Source of the DNA: Algoriphagus jejuensis
GTDB taxonomy: Bacteria > Bacteroidota > Bacteroidia > Cytophagales > Cyclobacteriaceae
Direction of reading: 5' to 3'
NCBI RefSeq assembly: GCF_039523455.1
Contig: NZ_BAAAFI010000040.1
Location: forward strand, 1-24,000
DNA: 24,000 nt
This document shows, in pieces, positions 6,845 through 12,266 of this stretch (the first letter of the stretch is position 1; every line of letters begins with the position of its first letter). A program made the translations under genes and the position numbers. The notes beneath the pieces were generated by a model. It saw nothing but the letters and a program-made list of their open reading frames with translations, had not been told where the DNA came from and searched no databases.

Positions 6845-7942
6845 TTAAAGCACTCCTTTGGTACTTGGAAGCTGGTTGATGTTACGGGGATCACGCATCA
6901 CGGCCATCTTGATCGCGCGGGCAAGTCCTTTGAAAGTTGCCTCGATCTTGTGGTGCTCGTTGTCACCTTCTACTTTGATATTGAGGTTGCACTTGGCGGT
7001 GTCGGAAAAGGACTTGAAGAAGTGGTAAAACAGCTCTGTAGGCATATCACCAACTTTTTCACGCTTGAAGTCCGCATCCCAAACCAGCCAAGGTCTTCCA
7101 CCAAAGTCGATTGCCACCTGAGCCAGGGAATCGTCCATGGCCAGTAAAAAGCCATAGCGATAGATTCCTTTTTTGTCGCCCAAAGCCTTCAAATAAGCTT
7201 CGCCCAAAGCCAAAGCCGTGTCTTCAATGGTATGGTGCTCGTCGATGTGGAGGTCGCCTTTGACCTGAATCTCCAAGTCCGTGCTACCATGCTTCCCGAG
7301 TTGCTCCAGCATGTGGTCAAAGAAATGCAGACCTGTAGAGATCTTGCAGTTTCCACTTCCATCCAGGTTCAACTTGATGTAAATGTCCGTTTCGGAAGTC
7401 TTACGGCTTACCTCCGCAGCGCGAGGCGGCATTTTGAGAAAGTCGTAGATCTCATCCCAGTCTGTCGTAGAAAGTGCCGAATCAGGGTTGGCCTCCCCGA
7501 TGAAGATGGCTTTGGAACCGAGGTTTTTCGCCAGCTGAACGTCGGTCAGGCGGTCGCCGATTACATAGGAATTAGCCAGGTCGTATTCTTCGGAAAAGTA
7601 TTGGGTAAGCAAGCCCGTGCGAGGCTTGCGGGTTGGCGCATTTTCATGCTCAAAAGTCTTGTCCACATGAATCGCCTTGAAGAAGATATTTTCCTGCTCC
7701 AGGGTTTTCAGCATCTTGTATTGCGCTGGCCAGAAGTCCTTTTCGGGAAAAGAATCCGTACCCAAGCCGTCTTGATTGGTCACCATGACCAATTCGTAGT
7801 CGGTCTCCTCCGCGATCTTGCGAAGGTTGGAGATGGCTTTGGGGAGAAATTCGAGCTTTTCCAGGCTGTCTACCTGAAAATCTGTAGGTGGCTCCTTGAT
7901 GATGGTGCCGTCACGATCTATGAATAGAACTTTCTTTTTCAT
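6845..7942 (-). CDS. hisB: bifunctional histidinol-phosphatase / imidazoleglycerol-phosphate dehydratase
   Basis: The N-terminal HAD phosphatase part has the motif FIDRDGT. The C-terminal IGPD domain has the motifs [15 protein letters not shown] and [10 protein letters not shown]. At 365 aa it is the typical fused HisB. Confidence 0.95.
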   Translation of the reverse strand: MKKKVLFIDRDGTIIKEPPTDFQVDSLEKLEFLPKAISNLRKIAEETDYELVMVTNQDGLGTDSFPEKDFWPAQYKMLKTLEQENIFFKAIHVDKTFEHENAPTRKPRTGLLTQYFSEEYDLANSYVIGDRLTDVQLAKNLGSKAIFIGEANPDSALSTTDWDEIYDFLKMPPRAAEVSRKTSETDIYIKLNLDGSGNCKISTGLHFFDHMLEQLGKHGSTDLEIQVKGDLHIDEHHTIEDTALALGEAYLKALGDKKGIYRYGFLLAMDDSLAQVAIDFGGRPWLVWDADFKREKVGDMPTELFYHFFKSFSDTAKCNLNIKVEGDNEHHKIEATFKGLARAIKMAVMRDPRNINQLPSTKGVL

Positions 7943-7946
7943 GTAC

Positions 7947-7988
7947 GATTTTGGATTTATGATTTACGGGCTGATTTTCAGGATTTGG
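7947..7988. repeat. heptamer-phased GATTT array in the hisC-hisB spacer
   Basis: Units are gattttg, gatttat and gatttac at 7947, 7954 and 7961, and gatttgg at 7982, which is the same 7-nt register (offset 35). In mRNA sense these read NNAAAUC. Confidence 0.6.
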
Positions 7989-8006
7989 TTTTACCCAACC
8001 TCTGTT

Positions 8007-9080
8007 TTAGTGCCTGGAGGATTCGATTTGAGAATTGACTTTGGAAAGTGCCGACAAAAACGCTTCGTTTTCTCCCCTCGTCCCGACGGTGATCCGTAGG
8101 CAGTCCTCGCAAAGCAGGACTTTGGCGCGGTTTCGCACGATCACTTTTTCTTCGATCAGGTCGTCATAGACTTGCGTGGCGTTAGGCATTTTCACCAAAA
8201 GGAAGTTCGCATGGGAAGGATGGATCTTTTGCACGAAAGGCAACTTTTCCAATTCCGCCTGCAGGAAATCCCGCTCGTCGAGGATCTCCCGGATCATGCG
8301 ATCCACCTTTTCCTTATCCGTGATTGCCGCCAAGACGGTGTCTTGGGTAAGCCCCGAGATGTTGTAGGGCGGCTTGATCTTGTTGAGGATGCGTATGATT
8401 TCCTCACTGGCAAAAGCCATCCCGAGACGCAAAGAGGCTAGGCCCCAAGCTTTGGAGAAGGTTTGCATCACGAGCAGGTTGGGATAATTGTCCAGCTCGG
8501 TCGTGAAGCTTGGCTCGTCGCTGAAGTCAATGTAGGCCTCGTCGACCACGACCAGACCTTTGAAGTTCTTCAGCAGGAATAGCACATCCTCACGCTTGGC
8601 CTTGTTGGCCGAAGGGTTGTTGGGCGAGCAGATGAAGAGGATCTTGGACTTGGCGTCGGCCGCTGCCAGGATCTTTTCGGGCTGAAGCTGGAAGTCCTCC
8701 GTCAGGGCGACTTTGCGGATCTCCACGTCGTTGATATTGGCGCTGACCTCGTACATCCCGTAAGTGGGAGGCAGGAGGATCACGTTGTCTTTGCCCGGAT
8801 TGCAAAAGGCTCTATAAAGCAGATCGATTGCTTCGTCGGAGCCATTTCCCAAGAAGATCTGGGTCGGACGTACGGCCTTGATCTTGGCGATCTCAGCCTT
8901 CAAAGCGCTCTGGTAGGGGTCTGGATAGCGGTTGAAATCCTGCTCGGTGATCGAGCCAAATGGGTTTTCATTGGCGTCTAAGAACACACCTTCCTTGCCG
9001 GTGTATTCGTCCCGAGCTGAAGTATAGGGTTGAAGTTTTGCGATGTGTGGCCGCAAAAGTGAATTCAGGTCGAAGCTCAT
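8007..9080 (-). CDS. hisC: histidinol-phosphate aminotransferase
   Basis: The 357-aa class-II aminotransferase has a PLP-lysine context (QTFSKAWGLASLRLG). It sits between hisD and hisB. Its start overlaps the hisD stop as ATGA (9077-9080). Confidence 0.95.
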   Translation of the reverse strand: MSFDLNSLLRPHIAKLQPYTSARDEYTGKEGVFLDANENPFGSITEQDFNRYPDPYQSALKAEIAKIKAVRPTQIFLGNGSDEAIDLLYRAFCNPGKDNVILLPPTYGMYEVSANINDVEIRKVALTEDFQLQPEKILAAADAKSKILFICSPNNPSANKAKREDVLFLLKNFKGLVVVDEAYIDFSDEPSFTTELDNYPNLLVMQTFSKAWGLASLRLGMAFASEEIIRILNKIKPPYNISGLTQDTVLAAITDKEKVDRMIREILDERDFLQAELEKLPFVQKIHPSHANFLLVKMPNATQVYDDLIEEKVIVRNRAKVLLCEDCLRITVGTRGENEAFLSALSKVNSQIESSRH

Positions 9081-10372
9081 TTCTTTTTGCCTTTCAGGTA
9101 GTTAAGACGGATAGTGACGGCGTTCTTGTGCGCGTGAAGCAACTCATTTTCGGCCATCACCTCCACGATCGGACCCAAGGTTTTCAAACCTTCCGGACTG
9201 ATCTTTTGATAGGTGATCTTTTTGACAAAAGAATCCAGGGACACGCCACTGTAGTTGCGGGCGTAGCCATAGGTCGGCAGGGTATGGTTGGTGCCACTGG
9301 CATAATCTCCTGCGGATTCCGGAGTATAATTTCCGATGAAAACCGAACCTGCATTGACGATCTTGTCGACGACCTCGTCTTCATTTTCCACGGCGATGAT
9401 CAGGTGCTCGGGAGCGTATTGGTTGATCAGCGAGATCGCTTTTTCCTGATCTTCCATCACCACGGCAGTGGAATTGGAAAGCGCCTTGTAAGCGATGTCC
9501 TTTCGCGGTAGCGTCTCCAGCTGTTCATTGATTTCTTTCAAGACCTTCTTGGCAAATTTCTCCGAAGGAGTCACCAAGACGACCTGGGAGTCGATGCCAT
9601 GCTCAGCCTGCGAAAGCAAATCCGCCGCGACAAATGCGGGAACCGCGGACTCATCGGCATACACCAAGACTTCCGAGGGCCCGGCAGGCATGTCGATCGC
9701 TACGCCGTACTTGGTCACCAACTGCTTCGCTGCGGTGACGTATTGGTTGCCCGGGCCAAAGATCTTGTCGACTTGGGGCACGCTTTCCGTACCGAAGGTC
9801 AACGCGGCAATAGCCTGCGCTCCTCCCACTTTTACAATCTTGCTGATGCCAATCAGATCGGCGGTAAAGAGGATCGCGGGATGGATTTTTCCCTCACGGT
9901 TTGGGGGCGTGCAGAGGACGATTTCTTGGCAACCGGCCAGCTGCGCGGGGATACCCAGCATCAGCACCGTGCTAAAAAGCGGAGCGGTACCTCCCGGAAT
10001 GTACAGGCCGACGCGCTGGATGGGGACACTTTTTCTCCGGCAAACCACTCCCGGCATGACTTCTTCGACCAAGTCCGGAGTGGCTTGGGCAGCGTGGAAG
10101 CGCTCCACATTTGATTTGGCCACGGCAATGGCGGCTTTCAGCTCCTTGCTTACCAGTTCTTTGGCGGCAGTGATTTCCTGTTCGGTCACCAGCAGGGTGT
10201 CGAGTTGCACATGATCGTATTCCTGGGCAAATTTCTTAAGTGCCTTGTCACCGCTTTTCTCCACCTTTTTCAGGATAGGCTTGACGATCTTGTTGATCTG
10301 CTTGGTTTTATGGACTGGACGGGCCAGGTTTTTTTTACACTTTTCGGGCGATGGGTTGACCAAGAGTTGCAT
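9077..10372 (-). CDS. hisD: histidinol dehydrogenase
   Basis: HisD signatures are present (QAEHG, NHTLPT, and GGAQAIAALTFG). I prefer the ATG at 10370-10372 (MQLLVNPS..., 431 aa). The ORF-track start at 10462 adds 30 residues that are just translated heptamer repeat. Confidence 0.92.
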   Translation of the reverse strand: MQLLVNPSPEKCKKNLARPVHKTKQINKIVKPILKKVEKSGDKALKKFAQEYDHVQLDTLLVTEQEITAAKELVSKELKAAIAVAKSNVERFHAAQATPDLVEEVMPGVVCRRKSVPIQRVGLYIPGGTAPLFSTVLMLGIPAQLAGCQEIVLCTPPNREGKIHPAILFTADLIGISKIVKVGGAQAIAALTFGTESVPQVDKIFGPGNQYVTAAKQLVTKYGVAIDMPAGPSEVLVYADESAVPAFVAADLLSQAEHGIDSQVVLVTPSEKFAKKVLKEINEQLETLPRKDIAYKALSNSTAVVMEDQEKAISLINQYAPEHLIIAVENEDEVVDKIVNAGSVFIGNYTPESAGDYASGTNHTLPTYGYARNYSGVSLDSFVKKITYQKISPEGLKTLGPIVEVMAENELLHAHKNAVTIRLNYLKGKKK

Positions 10373-10406
10373 AGGATGTTGAAAATTAAGATTGTCCGAA
10401 GGCGAT

Positions 10407-10463
10407 TTTGGTGGAACGACAGAAGACAGAAGGCAGAAGACCGAAGACGGAAGTGCCACCAAA
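10407..10463. repeat. 8-bp inverted repeat (TTTGGTGG / CCACCAAA) enclosing five tandem heptamers (gacagaa gacagaa ggcagaa gaccgaa gacggaa)
   Basis: Arms are at 10407-10414 and 10456-10463, and the heptamers occupy 10418-10452. In his-mRNA sense the loop is pyrimidine-rich: UUCCGUC UUCGGUC UUCUGCC UUCUGUC UUCUGUC. Confidence 0.8.
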
Positions 10464-10473
10464 TTTTGGCCTT

Positions 10474-10515
10474 GACGATTTGCTGCTGACTGTCGACCGT
10501 TGACTGTTGACTAAG
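10474..10515. repeat. heptanucleotide array, 6 units (gacgatt tgctgct gactgtc gaccgtt gactgtt gactaag)
   Basis: It lies directly 3' of the hisG stop (10517-10519). It is in the same 7-nt register as the 10418-10452 array (offset 56 = 8x7). Confidence 0.75.
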
Positions 10516-10516
10516 A

Positions 10517-11377
10517 TTAAATAACCATTTTTTCGATTGGAACCACCAAGATGCCCTCTGCACCGGCGGCGCGGAGTTCTTCGATGTTTTCCCAAAACTG
10601 ATCTTCACTCAGCACGGAGTGGATGGAAGACCAGCCCTCTTGCGCCAAGGGTAGGATGGTAGGGCTTCTCATGCCGGGGATGAGCTCGATGATGCGCTGT
10701 ATCGAATCGTTGGGTGCATTCATCAGCACGTACTTGTTGCTTTTGCCTGTTTGGACGGCGTTGATTCTAAAGAGCAACTTGTCCAGGATGACCTTCTTCC
10801 AATCTGCCAGATTTTTGTTGCCGATCAAAACTGCCTCGGATTTGAAGACTTCTTCGACTTCTTTGAGGCCGTTCATCATGAGGGTAGAGCCTGAGCTGAC
10901 GATGTCAAAGATGCCTTCGGCCAATCCGATGCTGGGAGCAATCTCTACCGAACCGCTGATTTCGTGGATTTCGGCGTTGATCTTTTGGGTCTTCAAGTAG
11001 TCGCCGAGAATTTTCGGATAGGAAGTGGCGATGTTTTTTCCTTCGAAATACCCGATGCCGGAGTAGTCCTGACCTTTCGGAACGGCGAGGGAAAGACGGC
11101 ATTTGGAGAAGCCAAGCTTCTTGAGTGTATCGACGTCTTTGTCTTTTTCGACGAGTTCGTTTTGGCCGACGATGCCCAGATCAGCGACGCCGTCAGCGAC
11201 ATAGCCGGGGATATCGTCGTCGCGGAGGAACAGAAACTCAGCAGGAAAATTGGTCGAGGTGGACTTGAGTTTGCCCGTACCGTTGTAAAATTTGATGCCG
11301 CACTCTTTGATTAGGCTGAGTGAGTCATCGGATAGTCTGCCGCTTTTCTGCACGGCAATGCGGATGATTTGTTCCAT
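10517..11377 (-). CDS. hisG: ATP phosphoribosyltransferase, long form
   Basis: The 286-aa ORF begins MEQIIRIAVQKSGRLSDDS, a typical HisG N-terminus. The C-terminal regulatory domain is present. It is the first gene of the his block. Confidence 0.95.
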   Translation of the reverse strand: MEQIIRIAVQKSGRLSDDSLSLIKECGIKFYNGTGKLKSTSTNFPAEFLFLRDDDIPGYVADGVADLGIVGQNELVEKDKDVDTLKKLGFSKCRLSLAVPKGQDYSGIGYFEGKNIATSYPKILGDYLKTQKINAEIHEISGSVEIAPSIGLAEGIFDIVSSGSTLMMNGLKEVEEVFKSEAVLIGNKNLADWKKVILDKLLFRINAVQTGKSNKYVLMNAPNDSIQRIIELIPGMRSPTILPLAQEGWSSIHSVLSEDQFWENIEELRAAGAEGILVVPIEKMVI

Positions 11378-11479
11378 GGGGACAAGTTACGCTTGGAAAG
11401 TTTTGGTTTCAGTAAAATTTTGGTGGATGGCCGAATCCCTGTCATCAGCATCACCGGATGGGGTATGTAAAAGTCTTCC

Positions 11480-11509
11480 TCAGGAGGAATGATGGAAGTG
11501 ATGCAGCAT
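11480..11509 (-). promoter_or_regulatory. candidate histidine leader mini-ORF: ATG CTG CAT CAC TTC CAT CAT TCC TCC TGA (MLHHFHHSS)
   Basis: I translated it by hand from the minus strand. Four of the 9 codons are His. It lies 102 nt upstream of the hisG ATG and about 60 nt downstream of the predicted promoter. The His-codon segment GCAUCAC can pair with GUGAUGC (11445-11451), and that region can alternatively pair with CAUCCACC (11422-11429). Confidence 0.4.
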
Positions 11510-11572
11510 GTAGGCGTGCTGTGCATTTGCTAAAAATCCAATATTTCTATTGTTGTTTTCCATTCAGGTTGG

Positions 11573-11603
11573 CAAAGATAACCGGGCGATGAAAGAATGC
11601 AAA
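11573..11603 (-). promoter_or_regulatory. candidate Bacteroidetes-type promoter of the his operon (TTTG-N19-TATCTTTG)
   Basis: The minus strand reads TTTG (11603-11600), a 19-nt spacer, then TATCTTTG (11580-11573). This matches the -33 TTTG / -7 TAnnTTTG consensus described for Bacteroides sigma-A promoters. Confidence 0.45.
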
Positions 11604-11725
11604 TTTTGAGGTGAAATTGTTGGAAGCGGGATGCTGGGTGTCGGATAGAATGAAGTTAGAACTCTGTTTTTAAGCTGTGTTAGAGAGATGGTCACTAAGA
11701 TGTGAGAAATTGTTATTTTAAGAGG

Positions 11726-12037
11726 ATGCAAACTGTGCTGTCAATCGATCAAGTGCCTATTCGTGTGCCAGATGAAAGATGGGAGCATGTGGCATTGGGA
11801 CATCCAGAAATGCTTAATTATAAGAAGGAAGTGTTAGAGACCTTGCAGCTGCCAGATTTTGTGTTTGAAGGAAATAGTAAAGAAAAAATTGCTGTAAGAG
11901 ATTATTTAAGCAACTTCGGGAAGCTCATTGTTGTTGTTTACCGAGAATCAACTCGAGACGAGGGGTTTCTAATTACCTCGTTTTTGATATCAAAATTGGA
12001 TCGGCTAAAAAATAAAAAACTGCTATGGAGACGATAG
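11726..12037 (+). CDS. small uncharacterised protein, putative toxin partner of the DUF2283-like gene
   Basis: The 103-aa ORF starts at the ATG at 11726, preceded by aagagg; the track's 11702 start is GTG. It carries a conserved-looking ERWEHVALGHPEM motif, then a predicted helix and four beta-strand-like segments (FVFEG, KIAVRDY, LIVVVYRE, GFLITSFL). It overlaps the next gene by 13 nt. I cannot name a family with confidence. Confidence 0.5.
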   Translation: MQTVLSIDQVPIRVPDERWEHVALGHPEMLNYKKEVLETLQLPDFVFEGNSKEKIAVRDYLSNFGKLIVVVYRESTRDEGFLITSFLISKLDRLKNKKLLWRR

Positions 12038-12249
12038 ACTATAAGGACATCAAGGCGGTTTTGCCCTATTTTCTAAAGCATAAATTTCTGTGGACTAGCT
12101 ATGACGAGCAGTCGGACGTGCTATACGTCCACTTCAAAGAAAATGCGATTTCCGATGACTCTGAAATGACGAAGGATGATCTTATCATAAGATATGAAGG
12201 TGGTGAAGTAGTGGGGATCACCCTTTTGAATGCCAGCAAACGAATGTGA
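12025..12249 (+). CDS. DUF2283-like small protein, putative antitoxin
   Basis: The 74-aa ORF carries the core SYDEQSDVLYVHF ... GEVVGITLLNAS, which matches my memory of the DUF2283 pattern (YD.e.D.LYI ... G.ivGiei). Confidence 0.65.
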   Translation: METIDYKDIKAVLPYFLKHKFLWTSYDEQSDVLYVHFKENAISDDSEMTKDDLIIRYEGGEVVGITLLNASKRM

Positions 12250-12258
12250 TTCGTTTTT
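12238..12258 (+). terminator. weak AT-rich hairpin plus T-run at the end of the two-gene module
   Basis: AAACGAAT-gtg-ATTCGTTT forms a perfect 8-bp stem (12238-12245 / 12249-12256). The T-run totals 5 T, three of them shared with the stem. The hairpin spans the TGA stop and lies in the 17-nt gap to the convergent peptidase gene. Confidence 0.4.
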
Positions 12259-12266
12259 AGCTGTTT

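Noticed and set aside
7232-7927. Long plus-strand ORFs antisense to well-supported minus-strand genes: 7232-7927 in hisB, 9495-10214 and 9599-10114 in hisD, 21011-21919 in PBP4, 12657-13211 and 13287-13844 in the S9 peptidase, 10623-11000 in hisG, and 2079-2645 (minus strand) opposite the permease.
   Set aside because: Each lies entirely inside a gene whose product has clear family motifs. Their translations are low-complexity or Arg/Gly/Val-rich with no recognisable motifs. These are typical shadow ORFs of moderately GC-rich coding DNA.
10373-10462. N-terminal extensions suggested by the ORF track: hisD from 10462, the S9 peptidase from 14744, the GT2 from 4164, the ECF sigma from 19905, and the small toxin-like gene from the GTG at 11702.
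   Set aside because: - The hisD extension is a translation of the heptamer repeats.
- The peptidase extension overlaps the upstream gene and its terminator, and it precedes an obvious signal-peptide start at 14552.
- The GT2 and sigma extensions overlap neighbouring genes, while internal ATGs give family-typical N-termini and, for sigma, an ATGA coupling.
11311-11526. A 71-aa minus-strand ORF (MHSTPTCCITSII...) covering the hisG leader and overlapping the hisG start out of frame.
   Set aside because: It has no recognisable features and overlaps hisG. It is better explained as chance reading through the leader. The His-rich 9-codon ORF lies in a different frame of the same stretch and is the more meaningful signal.
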